From NCBI GenBank assembly GCA_025201805.1, contig MU619261.1, forward strand, positions 208,445 to 272,444: a DNA stretch of 64,000 nucleotides, in the 5' to 3' direction. A model generated the notes under the pieces. It saw only the letters and a program-made list of their open reading frames with translations. It did not search any database and was not told the origin of the DNA. Both the position numbers and the translations under genes were made by a program. How positions within the stretch are numbered: position 1 is the first letter of the stretch; each line of letters opens with the position of its first letter. Shown here one piece after another: positions 1-11,804 of the stretch. Origin of the DNA: Parasitella parasitica NRRL 2501 (taxonomy: Eukaryota; Fungi; Mucoromycota).

Positions 1-462
1 AAGAGAACATGTTGTGAAATAAGCTATCTACATTATATCTTTAAGTTCAGGTTGGTCTTTAAAAAAGGTTACCGTTGTCTAGTGACAAACATCTGTGATT
101 CTGGGTGTAAGTGTGTCTGTTGATATTGGATCAAAAGCCTTCAATTGGATTCAGGAACGGAGAGCAAGGTTGAAGATAAGCACATTAATGTCCTTTTGGG
201 ATTTTACAAATTTCGAAACAGATAATTTTTTATGAATGGGTGTGTTATCCTGGTGGCAGATTGTTTCCTTTTCTCTGGCACTTTCTTATAACATCAGTTT
301 TATCTAGCGTCTTCTAGTGTAGACGGTCTAGTCAAACAAGTACCAATCTACGTACTCCATATTCAGTTGCACAGTAAAACAGCTAGTCAATCCTCTACCA
401 TCTTTTCCATAATATTGGAATGGTTCAAAATTGTATGTCTTTGCAAGTTTTAGGCGCTTGAT

Positions 463-2352
463 TTTTTTTTTTTTGGTCTACGCGAACTTTAGTGGGTTAT
501 TGTTAGAAAAAAGGCAAAAACTATTTTTCAAAATCGGAGCGGGAGATCGTCAGGTCAGGTAGAAGCATGCAAGTACTACCACTAGAAAGCCAAGAAGCAC
601 ACCATTAAAATAAACTAGTTTGCAATTATTTTTCTCTTAATTTGGTTAATCTATAGCTTCTCAAAGCTAATGATTTCTTCAAAAAAGAACATCATTTTTC
701 TCTGATAGCGGAGATTAAACGCGTCCAAAATCAGGAAGGTAAAGTTCTTTCAGAAACTCAATTTGGACATTTCGAATCCAAAATTACTCCTTTGAGGCAA
801 GATATCATCCTCTGATACTATGCATACCACGGCTGTCAGTCTATGATAATAGCTGTATTTTTGGGCGTTCTACCCGATGGTATTACTTTATAATTCCCCG
901 TATGCCTGTGGAAGTAATTCTGTTGAGAAAGCTTCAATATCAGATCAAGAGGGAAAGGTCAACATTTTGCTTAATCAAAGCGCATTGCCAGTTTTTCAGA
1001 TCATGAAATGGTCTTTTACGATCATTCTCCTCCAATATATGTCATAGTAAAAAGTTGCATTTTAGAGGTCAAAAGTGAAGATAATGCATAATTGATGATT
1101 TTGGATGTGTGGATACAAGGAAAAAATCGAAAAAAATCTGTCAGTTTGCATCGAAAAAAAAATCATGCTCGAATTGCACCAAAATCATATATAATACAGT
1201 TTCTTCCCAATGGATACTATTTCTGATGTTCTCAGGGCACTTTTGATTATGAAAATCAATCAAAAAATGGCACACAAAGCTAAATTTCTTGCTTTAAAGC
1301 TGTAAAAAACATCTATCTGGAAATGATATCACGTCAATATCAATTCTAGTACATGATGTAGCTCTATAAAGTGAGTATTTTTGATACCACAAGTAAGTAT
1401 ACTTTTTTTTCATAGTAATAAGATAAAACAGGTGTAGCCCATTGAATTGGAAGCATAAGAGGATAATTATTGAATATTTAACTGCAATAACCCCTGGTTA
1501 TTTGTTAATAATTCAAGAATTACTAATTGCCAGTGACAGAGAAGCCCTATTACCATTGCTGCTTAAAATAATACTTAGTGCCAGCCTTTTTTTTACAATT
1601 CCAATGCTAAAAATGTAGAATAGAAAGTAGAATAGAGGTAAAAATTGAGGTTGAGGGTGATTTGACTAACAAAAGCTAAGCTTCATATAAGCTTCTGGTG
1701 GATTCCAGGTTTCAGGCACTGTACTGTAGAGTATCAATTCTGATTAGGGGTCAACTCGCTATATCAAACACATTTTTGTACATCAATCGTCCGTTATAAG
1801 AGTCGCGACTGTATATTCTTTCCTTGATATTGGATATGCTGATTTAACAGAGAACATAAAATGATAATGCAAAGTTATAAAAATAGGGATTGTCATTTGC
1901 TTGAATATGTTATGATTTTTGAAATGACATACGGTAAAATTAAGTGAGAAAACAGAAACAAACGACTGGTTTAAACTTACATTTCGGGATAAACTGCTAG
2001 CGTATAAATGCATAATTTGACGGATGCGTACAACCTGATGCCTTATTAATATTTGCAGTTTGATACTTTGGTCCTTTGATACTTTCTTACTTTATGGTTT
2101 TTGTAACTTAACCATTTTCTTTTTTTTCGTTTAAATACCCTGCAGTTCTATAAACTTGACTAAATATTTGAGCTTATTTAGATGTCTCATATCTAACGGA
2201 TATATCTGGAATGATTTATCAATTGTGAAATTCAAACAATTTTTATTGTGGCTCCTTGGTGATTGTTCATTTTCAGGTATTCAAAGTACATGCACTCCTG
2301 CACAATGGCCGTTTGATCAAAAATAAAATAATCAGAGCTTCGCAATTTCGCC
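463..2352. repeat. Dispersed repeat family A, copy 1 (probable degenerate transposable element, class unknown)
   Basis: 463-1345 and 2217-2352 align with 30895-32150. The core from ~524 to ~1020 is nearly identical. Homology begins at a poly-T run in both copies. No intact long ORF. Confidence 0.9.
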
Positions 2353-2564
2353 TATCACAATCTATTCTTGGGCATTTTTAATCTAAAATAGAAATGTAAT
2401 AATGTGGTTGTATTTGATACTTCTTGTCCCTACTTGAAATATTCTTGGGGACATCTTTCTCTTCTCTCAGAAACTTCTCGGCTTTTATCTGAAATAAAAG
2501 ATTTGATATAAAAAACCTTAATATAAATTATCACATACCCAATGACATTTATCATTTACTTGAA

Positions 2565-3090
2565 CTTTTTTTTTTTTTTNNNNNNNNNNCAGAAGCCGTA
2601 AAAAGACTGTATGGTGTCTACTGGCGATTTTGATGAATTTTTATATTCTTGCGCTATCTTCAAAATCAAATCCTATTATATTAACTTGGATAATAATCAA
2701 AGACATCCTGTATTTGATCTTGAGATTTGACAATCTCAACAGCTTTGTAGATAACCGCAAGAACCGTCTGAAGACGTTATTCCATACATTCATTTTATGT
2801 AAACAACCAACTTGTCAGATGTTTGGCATCTTCAAGCTCTTGGCACACTACGCAACTGCTATCCTCCATAGTAATTGCAAGTTTAGAGAAACAATTTGGT
2901 GTGGATCTTCCCGGGCCAAGAAGATCATAAAATCTGCCATTGTGGGATGTTCTCTGTTTATCCAATGCTTTAATTTCACACAAAGAATTTAGTCTGATGT
3001 CGTAATAATCAGACATCTTTGCAGTCAAAGCTACTCCGGTAAATGTATCCAAGTTCAACTACGGATTCTCAAATATGAGTTGGTGCAAAT
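2565..3090 (-). mobile_element. Degenerate 3' remnant of a non-LTR (LINE-type) retroelement, zf-RVT-like C-terminus
   Basis: Minus-strand SCVVCQELEDAKHL, then after a frameshift CLHKMNVWNNVF, matches the CxxC..E(D)xxHL...C....VW pattern of LINE ORF2 C-termini. A poly-A run follows on the minus strand (T-run at 2565-2579, next to an N gap). Confidence 0.6.
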
Positions 3091-3218
3091 GGTAAGGTAA
3101 AACGAATATCCGATTTAAATAGTTCCATCCCATCCCTCCCCCCCCCCCTTGCCTGATTTATAGATTTTTTCTTGTTGCTTTTTTTTTAAACCATATCACT
3201 ACTTGCCCCACCTTGCAA

Positions 3219-5520
3219 ATGTCAAAATTGCAATTGTTCAAAAAACCATTATTGAACCCCAGTAACAAGGTGTTATTCAATATTTACAACACACCAAAGC
3301 GCAAAAACTTCTTGCTCCCTCCAGTCTTTGCATACAACATCGACCGTTGCAAAGTGGCCCTGCCGCAGAAGAAAACAGCAGCGCTTGTAACTGATTTACT
3401 GTCGCCAAAAACCAAAGTCTTGAGTAGCCGTACAAATATATACATGAGCAGACAATGGCTCCAGTTACAGTCCATGCGACATTATTCCTCACACAAGCCA
3501 ACGACAAAAGCTGAACTGTTGGCTCAAGCTCGAGGATTTCTTGAAAGATTAAAGATTCGCATTAAATACCCACTGATGAGGCAAATTCGACCCTGGACAT
3601 TAAACGATGCTACAGCTCTGTTTTCCTGGCTGTTTCTCGGACACACTGTCTGGCTACTAGCTGGAACTACCAGTTTTGTGAGTCTATTGTTATGGCTAGC
3701 AAACTCGTTGCAGTTTCAAGGTAAGCCAGTTGCAAGCTGTGCTGCAATCACAACTCATTTTCGCATATGCTTTCTCATAGAATGGATTGCTTATCGCATT
3801 GGAAAATACTTGACCTCTGCTACAGGGGCAATAGTTATATTCGATTCTGCAATTCTGCCCAATTGGAAAGATGGGAAAATTCGATTCAATAACGTCAGAA
3901 TATACAGAATGCCTCGCTCAGAACATGAAAAGTTTGAGCGCCACGCAGCACTGCTAGAAACAGGGCAAGAAATACCAGCAGACGAAGCCGACAACAGCAG
4001 TGATAATGATGAGGATGAGGATGATCCGTTGGCTGGCGTAGAGTTGGATGACGACGAAAAAGACAATGAGGTGCTAAAAAAATGGTTGTGGTACGATTTG
4101 GTAATCGATCGAGTGGAAGTGACACTTAGCTTGATTCGCTGGATGGACGGAAAGGGTCTGGTACAGAGTGCTGATGTGCAGGGTGTGCGTGGCGTTGTGG
4201 ATCGTAGACATGTACGTTGGGATCCTGATGTTCCCTACGACCCAGTTGCCTCTAGACATCAGTATACGCCTGGCGATTTCGAGCTGGAAAAATTGACAGT
4301 AGAGGATTTGCTAGTAACTGTGTATCAACCTCATGGGTTCAGGCCCTATCCCATATCCATCTTTCAGGCTCAGTTGGATAGATTTAGAAAGCAATGGTAA
4401 AAGACGATGATATTTAATGCGACAAAAACACACTTATTCAAACGCTCCTTCCGTTAGGCTCTTTTATGATTTACTGTGTGCTACGTCCATTATAGGTGCT
4501 TTTGACAAATGCTTGTTCAGTGTCCATTCGCCACAGTTAGAAAAGAGCGTACTTGAGCAATCAGGACACATTGATTCTCAAAAGTCAGGGTTCAGAAGCC
4601 ATGACATATACCACTATTATCCTTTCAAGAAACCAGACCCAAACGGCGTTGTGGTTGGCGGCGAATCGACTCGATTTGGTGTACTGACAGACAACGACAT
4701 GAGAAAGCAAGGCTACAAGAGAAAGGTAAGCAGTAAAGAGAGAGAGAGAGAGAGAGAGAGTGTGTGTGTGTGTGTGTGTATGTGTATCTGGTAGTGTCTG
4801 ATACTAGTTTCTTGCTAGTCTCGGTTGAGAATTGATGGCGTCAATATCGACCATATTAATCGAGGCGTAGAAGGGCCTCCCGGATGGATAACTTCAGGCA
4901 CAGTTGATATTTCTGCTGACATTTATATCCCCCAGGAAGCCGTGGAGGCAGATTCCACTGAGCTTTTGCGACAGCTCGTCTATGAACTCACAGATCGAAT
5001 TGAGCTGTCGCAGCCCGTTATCCTCGGAGCCGGTAATGGTGAGGAAATCCTTGTTGTTGGTGGCCAGCGAGAAGAAAAACCGAAAAGGAAAAAGGAAGAA
5101 GACACAAATGCAAAAAAATTCGTCATGGATATGGACTTTCGTTTCAAGGACACCAAAGCCTCTGTGCCCCTGAAAACACCCGAATTGAGCTATCTTAACA
5201 GTGCCATGGTGCGACCTGTCGTTGGATATATATCTCGCAACAAAGCAATTGTCCCCATCAAGATTCGCTTGGTCATGGATCTGAGTAATTTCGATGGATC
5301 TTGGACATTGTACGACTCTACTTTAGCAGAACGAATGAGCGAAAAGCTTGGCCAGGGCTTTGTTGACTTGACATTAGACCAGCAGGAGAGAAACCGAAGA
5401 TTGAAGCGTATTGGATTTTGGAGCATGAAGGAAATGTCGAGGAACCTGATCAGTATCCACGAATTAATGCGCGGCACATCTAGAGGTTTCTGGAGTTATT
5501 TAGGAACTGGTACCGCTTAG
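3219..5520 (+). CDS. MDM31: Mitochondrial distribution and morphology protein 31/32 family (4 exons)
   Basis: Motifs ERLKIRIKYPLMRQIRPW, FSWLFLGH..W..AGTT, GKGLVQSADVQGVRGVVDRR, IDGVNIDHINRGVEGP.GWI, FDGSWTLYD, RLKRIGFWS. Introns at 3721-3780, ~4397-4458 and ~4726-4818. Confidence 0.93.
4736..4785. repeat. (GA)n(GT)n compound microsatellite in an MDM31 intron
   Basis: Directly visible dinucleotide run. Confidence 0.95.
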
Positions 5521-5697
5521 AAATGATATCTTTTTTTTTTATTGTAAAAATTAATATACCCAGCACTATATATATAACAATGTAAATATTATGGACATCG
5601 CTCTTTACCCTTTCTTGAAGCCTCCATTACAAAAGTATTAAACTAATAAACATGAAAAAAAAAGAGATTAAAATTAAAAAATATTACTCTAATGGTT

Positions 5698-6470
5698 TCA
5701 TAATATCAAGTGAATATTTACGCCAAGTAAATCCAGCTCTACTGATTTCAATGGCTTGATGGTTTTCCAATGGTGGTGAGTGTCTGCTGGAATCCAATCT
5801 ACCGCTGTATCATTGTCCTGCGATTGCTGCGGAAGACCACCTTCTATTTTTTCAACGGATAAGGAAAATGTCTTGTCTTGGTTGTCTAGTTTCTTAGATT
5901 GGTATGTAATCAGCTTAACCAAGCACGCTCTCAGCTGCTGCTCGAGATCTGCTAGCGTAAAGGTCGATCCGCTCTCAAGAATAACGTCTGCTGGAATGTC
6001 GACCTTGTGAAGCAATGATCGTATCTCCAAAACAAACTTTTCTGTAGGCATGTCAGTATCTTGCAAAACAGTCAGCGCTATAAACTTCACATCTCCCTAT
6101 GGAAATAAACAATACATCAAAACCAGCGCCACATGGTTATTCCCACCAACGGTACCTTTTCGAGTAAAGGCTGGCATGACCGAACAAAATTTGCTACGTA
6201 ATCATGGACTTCGGGATGGAACGCAATGTAAACAGGCACCTGGAACTTTTTCTGTTGTTTGAAGATAGCTTTAGGGTACAATTCACATTGGTAGAGTATT
6301 TGGTGAAGCCATGTCTCTACTAAATATAAATCAATTAGATCGTTTTGCCATGCTACAAGTTGGATATACTATACAAAACTCGCATGTCAGCGTTATTATA
6401 TCTGCAGTGACATTAGCGCATGTTGCTGGTATGAACAATGTGAAATACCTCTACGTATAACTTGTGCCAT
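5698..6470 (-). CDS. REV7: HORMA-domain protein Rev7/MAD2L2 (DNA polymerase zeta accessory subunit), 4 exons
   Basis: Spliced model MAQVIRRDIITLTCEFLETWLHQILYQCELYPKAIFKQQKKFQVPVYIAFHPEVHDYV...PLLEK...PTEKFVLEI...LEQQLRACLVKL matches the Rev7 HORMA consensus. The first three exons are missing from the ORF track. Confidence 0.88.
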
Positions 6471-6608
6471 AGTTAATAATAGCAGTGACACAAAACGTGG
6501 CCTTATTTTGCAGGGAAGCTAAATGAGATATACCACATTCCTAGGGTATTTTTTTTTTTCCTTTTTTTCTTTTTTTCATTGTTATCATTGATTGCTATTA
6601 AAGGAACA

Positions 6609-8189
6609 ATGATCAACAATACTATCATGATGAAAAACATCAAAGTTGAAGCTGTTGACCAAACTGTCTCCACGCTTGTTAAAGGTGAACCTTGTGGCAA
6701 AAATGTCAGCTTGGCTTCTCCAAGTCTTGGTTCTGCACGCCAGGCCATCACTGAGAGTGAAGGATCTGTTGTAAAAATCCAGGCTGGTTCCATGTGCAAA
6801 TCTAGCTCTGTACAGCAGATTATACCTAGTAAAAGTCTTGTAGACGTGAATAAACAGGCTGGTTCCTTGAACTCTGTCGAGTCTACGCAGAAAGGTTCCA
6901 ACCATGCTGATGGCGTAAGACCTGTAGCGAAAGATATGCAGGCTGCGTTGCATTGCAAACCTGCTGTAAACAATCAGCCTATAGACACTGACATGATCAC
7001 TGTCAATCCTGATGCAGCAGATGTTCGGGATGGTGATTGCAGTAACAGACCTATTAATGTTGCGCTTGGCCAAAAGTGTGATAATAACAATGTTGAAAAC
7101 ATGGATGATAGCACTGTTGTTGCTGCTCCTGCAGGAGAATTATCATCCAGTAAAGAAACAAGTAGTGTTCCCAGTAATCCTCCTGCTAACAAGCGTGTTG
7201 CTCCTTCAGCAGACGTACGATTAGAGGAAGCGTATGACAGGAGCAACAAAGAAAAACTCAATGCCATGCAATCGATACTGCAACCGCTTGAGGCCAAGAT
7301 TGTTAGGTTGACTTTACAGCTGGTTGTTAATCCTGATAGAGCTGATCTAAGCCAGGCGCTGGACGCGACTGAAAAACGAATCAATCTAGTAAAACGTAGC
7401 ATCAAATGTCTCCAGGATGATGTCCCTGTCGCTAGTATCGTTGACGAAAACTACGAGAAGCTTTCCTTAATTTTAAAGCTGATTCCCTATTTTCAGTGGG
7501 AAGGCAATATCACAAACAAAAATGAAAAGGTGTTTTTGACCATTTACGCATGCTTAAGACAAGTCGAAAGAGCTGTCAAAGAGTGCGATTTTGATATTGA
7601 AAGCAAATGGGTATCGCTGATCTCTACCAAACTGTCCTCCAAAATGTATCACTGGTTGGATAACCTACTGTTGCGAAACCCCAACTGCTCCTGGTCCTTA
7701 TTCAAAACTTGCCTAATTCATGAATACGAAATGCCCCAAGACCAAGCTGTCCAGACCATGAGTTCTTGCATTTTTAACAAAGAAACTGAAACGATGAATG
7801 CTTTTGTCAGCCGTTTTCTTATGGCCTTTGAATACTCCAAAAGCCCAGACGAACTAGGTGAAATGTACTTTCAGACTTGTCTCCCTACAATGGCTGACCA
7901 AAGAAATTTTATGTTGCTCTGCCAGAGTGTCAAGAAGAATCACACTAATGAAAAGCTAAATCTGTACCGTGCCATTGAACTTTACCGGGATATCTACAAC
8001 CAAACCCACTTGTGCAGCACATTCAAGAAACAGGAATCCTGCTCTACTAGAGAAACAGAAATCAAGACGGAAAAAAAGGCAAAAAAACACAACAAACCTG
8101 CTCCTTACACCAAGGCTAGACTTCGCTGTATCCACCATCCCAAAGCAAACTCTCATACTACCGAAAACTGCAGAAACCTCCAAGTATAA
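6609..8189 (+). CDS. Intronless retrotransposon Gag-like protein (capsid-like core plus C-terminal CHHC knuckle), no pol
   Basis: Low-complexity N-terminus, coiled coil, then IPYFQWEG...VFLTIYACLRQVE...W..LIS......W......W..FK..LI..Y (retrotransposon Gag-like helical pattern). Ends with a basic linker and C-x2-H-x5-H-x4-C (CIHHPKANSHTTENC). First ATG is 6609; the track start 6579 is TTG. Confidence 0.7.
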   Translation: MINNTIMMKNIKVEAVDQTVSTLVKGEPCGKNVSLASPSLGSARQAITESEGSVVKIQAGSMCKSSSVQQIIPSKSLVDVNKQAGSLNSVESTQKGSNHADGVRPVAKDMQAALHCKPAVNNQPIDTDMITVNPDAADVRDGDCSNRPINVALGQKCDNNNVENMDDSTVVAAPAGELSSSKETSSVPSNPPANKRVAPSADVRLEEAYDRSNKEKLNAMQSILQPLEAKIVRLTLQLVVNPDRADLSQALDATEKRINLVKRSIKCLQDDVPVASIVDENYEKLSLILKLIPYFQWEGNITNKNEKVFLTIYACLRQVERAVKECDFDIESKWVSLISTKLSSKMYHWLDNLLLRNPNCSWSLFKTCLIHEYEMPQDQAVQTMSSCIFNKETETMNAFVSRFLMAFEYSKSPDELGEMYFQTCLPTMADQRNFMLLCQSVKKNHTNEKLNLYRAIELYRDIYNQTHLCSTFKKQESCSTRETEIKTEKKAKKHNKPAPYTKARLRCIHHPKANSHTTENCRNLQV

Positions 8190-8409
8190 AACCTCCCCTC
8201 CCCAATTCTACAATAAACACTCCCGAGAATCACTTTCATTTTGTATAAATAACTCTTAAGTTTGGACAGCTAGACAATTTGTGATCTCGCCTATCCACTT
8301 TATGTATTTTTCTGATCCTGTTTGCATTGACCATAATCGCATCAACATCTCGTTCAACGCTCCAACCCAACTATTCATAACCGAAAAAGGGCCGCTTCAT
8401 CCGGTTTGT

Positions 8410-9080
8410 TTATTCATCTTTGAGTTCTTCCGGCTCATTTACTATGACCACGCTCATGTCATCGTCGTCTCCTTGGACTGAAGAAGCCTCTGAACCACTT
8501 CTCTGTCTTCCACCTCTGCTAGAGGCTTCCACCAGCAATAGTTTTTTGTCGATAATAGGCATCACCGGATTACTCTGGCTTCGACGACGCATGATGCGAT
8601 CCATCTCGACTGCCTTATTCGAAGCAGTCTTGATATTTTTGCTATTCATAAACGACAATCCTTCAATGAGCGATTTGGGAAATGAGAGTAACGGCAATTG
8701 AGGCACAGAATCATTGTTTTTCGCATTCCCATCTTCATCGCCAGCGTTATCGTCATCGTGATTATCATCATCTTGTCTTTCTTGGTCGTTGACATCCACG
8801 TCATTCGAAGAAATACTTTCGCCATCACTAGTGGCATTGCGAAAGGTAGCATTCTGATCGCTTATGCCTGATGATTCTAGCAGCATGTGGTGAGAAGACG
8901 ATGTTGTGCTTGAACTTGTGGTTGCCGGGGACGGCTCATCAGAGGGAGCTGTAAACACCAAATTTGACAATTTCTTGATACTCTCTCTCCTGCCTCCACC
9001 CACTGGTAATGTTAGCGAACTATGGTTGTGCGATGCTGTAAATGTATACAAATGGGATGGTAAAGGTAAAGACATTTTCC

Positions 9081-9116
<36 letters not shown>

Positions 9117-10836
9117 TCTGCTGTGATTCGCACCACGATAATTCGCATTCCAGATAATCTCGATAACACTGTAACCGCTGTAGTTCGATACGCTTTGTTT
9201 TCAGCTTTTTTCCAATCGTATCTGCAAATGCAAGGATTCTATCTTTAGTGGTCTTTTGACAAGGTATAATCACCATAAGATTTCGACGCAGTTGCAGCTC
9301 TCGATCCAGTAAATTGACTTGCTCGTCGATGCGGCTTGTTAGCTCGTTCACTTTTTCTTTGGCCTTTTCCTCTCTTTTTAGCCGATCAGCATTGCATTTG
9401 TTGGTATCAACTGATCGTGTAGAATCGTTTGATTTTTTAGTAGGTCTCATGCGCACTCCTGTCGTCTTGAGTGTTGCTGCATAGTTGATCTTCAGCATCC
9501 AGTCCTCCAGGTCTTTATCATCTTCAGCACGAAGCAGAAACTGCTGTCCATCTCCTGTTATAAGTCGAAATACATGCGGGTATTTTGTATACTCGTCATC
9601 GCAGATACAGATCGCAAAAGACAATGAAACAATCTGGACTGGTCTTAAAAAGGCGTTTGTGGGTATATTTTGTGCTTGTCGCTGCTGCTTTGAATTGCTG
9701 TTATACATGGATGAGATGGAAGAGACTGAACTAAGGTTTGAAGAAGATGAATCTGCTGCCGCTGCTACAATGGACGAAAATGCAGGAAAGCTGTTGTTTC
9801 TTCTTGGAGTCATTGGTTCCTGCTGCTGCTGCTGTTGTTGTTGTTGTTGATGATGATTTTTGTCTTTTCTATTTTCGAGCCAGTTTTGAAACGACGAAAT
9901 ATCAGAAAAGAATATGATTTGACTTCCACTAAGGATACATCCAAAAGGTCTCCATCCGCGGGCAGTTGCCTTCTTCCCGCCTTGCAAAAGGTCGTATTTC
10001 CTATCCAGAATACCGGCTTTTGTCACTCGGATTGTAAAAGTGTTTGTGTTGTTTTCTCCGCCATATCTGCTTCGCACGCCTGCCAAGCACAATGATTGTG
10101 CTCTCAAGATGGAAAAGTGGACTTCCTTAATTGGAATCGGCTTTAGAGTCCGTTTGTAACTAAAAGTGTTTTCGGCGGGCATTAACTGCTCTAGTTTCTG
10201 GCCAAGATCAGCCAGCAGAGTCGGCTGAATGAACGAGTAAAAATTAGACCAAATCAGCCAAGTCGACCAAGTATCATAGCAACCTACCGATTGAATGTTT
10301 GCGCTGAAATCAGCACCCCCTTTTAATTTCGAAAACCATGAATTGGATTTTTCAGCCGCTCTACCTATTGATTCTTTGTGTCCGTCTGCATATGTAAACT
10401 CTGACATGACGATGTTGTCATACATTACGTCCAACAGCTCATGAGGTACGCCTTCGCCGCCTTCGATAATCTTGGTCCTCATAATAAATGTGTCTTTGCT
10501 CATCTTTTGTTTTACGTTCTTGTTGTGGGCATCAGTGTGCAGCAAGAGTAACGAAAAGGCAACGGCATAGACGACGTCTGGAGTGTCGACTAGGCCCAGA
10601 TTGCATTCATAGTACTGTTTGGCAAATTCTTCCATGGCACGATCAATCTGTTGCGCCTCTTTGGGTAGCTGTACTTGAGCGAGAAGTTTTCTACAATTAT
10701 ATCAGCATTTTGCTATAATTTTCCGCTCCTGCACTCACCGTAATGAGGTATCAATCGACTCTCCACAAAAATCGAATTGTTGCACCTGAGACGCGAAACT
10801 AGGCTCTTTTGTAATTCTATCGCTAGGCTCTGCCAT
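8410..10836 (-). CDS. Sec7 + PH domain Arf guanine nucleotide exchange factor (Syt1-like)
   Basis: Exon 1 gives FDFCGESIDTSLR, spliced to KLLAQVQLPKEAQQIDRAMEEFA (Glu finger). Also AFSLLLLHTDAHN, a PH domain (GWRPFG.ILSGSQ...WMLKINYAA), a coiled coil and polyQ tracts. Probable in-frame intron near 10225-10287. Confidence 0.88.
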
Positions 10837-11804
10837 GTGTATTTCTTGATTCAATAAACTCGGGGAAAATGCAGTGTATTATTTGTCTTTTCTTTTTCGA
10901 TTGACTATTTATGGAGGCTATACAATACAGTTGAAGAAGCGAATGTATTTAAAGGAGGGGAGGTAAAAAACAAGAAAACAAAAAAAAGGAGGTATATGAG
11001 ATTCAGGCTTTGGCTCTGGTTGGAGAAAGGGGAGAATATCTATATCCAAGTATAAATGTTGCCTAACAGCAGAAAACAAAAAAACAAAAAAAGAAAAAAG
11101 TAAGAGAGAAAAAGGGTCAAATAAAGGTTCACTCCATGGTGTTTAATATGTGTGTCCTATTGACGACATATACACAGCCCTCATTAGGGCTCAGCCTCAC
11201 ATAAATGTTGTGTCTTACGGCTTGCGATTCCTTCCTTTTTTCTAATCCTAGCCTAAAAAATATGTCTAACAAAAATCAGCATATAGATCCTACAGGCCGT
11301 ATGGCTGAAAGCACTATGCGCATACAAGATCTCCACCAAGCTGAAAAGGTACTTTCTGCAACTGTGTGCCAGCCAATTTACTCACAAACCATGTAGAAAC
11401 TTGTGCTATTGCTCGAAACTGCCGCCGAGGCTCTGGCCATTTTGTCTGACGAAGCGCCTGGCGACGTTGATACAGACCAGTTTGTTCGCAATCGAGCCAT
11501 TTCGTTTCGAGAGTTGGCTTCGCGGTATTTTTCGCTGGTCAATGTACGTATTTGAATCTGCAGCGTGTTCCATCATTAACAGTAAAAAAAAAAAAAAAAA
11601 CACCAGGACATCCAATTTGCTTTGAAAAGCCATACACACTATCTAACAAAGGAAGCCAGTATCACTTCGTCAGCAAACAAAATTATACCCTTCAAAACGT
11701 CAGTAGTTAGCCAACACAAAGAACTAGAAATTTGGATAGCTGCCATTGACACTATCAGTCAGCGTATTACAGAAATCAAAAAGGTGGCCCAACAATGAGT
11801 TTTT

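Noticed and set aside
1338-2224. hAT-like insertion with 8-bp target duplication tatcaatt
   Set aside because: No terminal inverted repeats inside the 8-mers, and homology extends upstream of them. A deletion in copy 2 explains it better.
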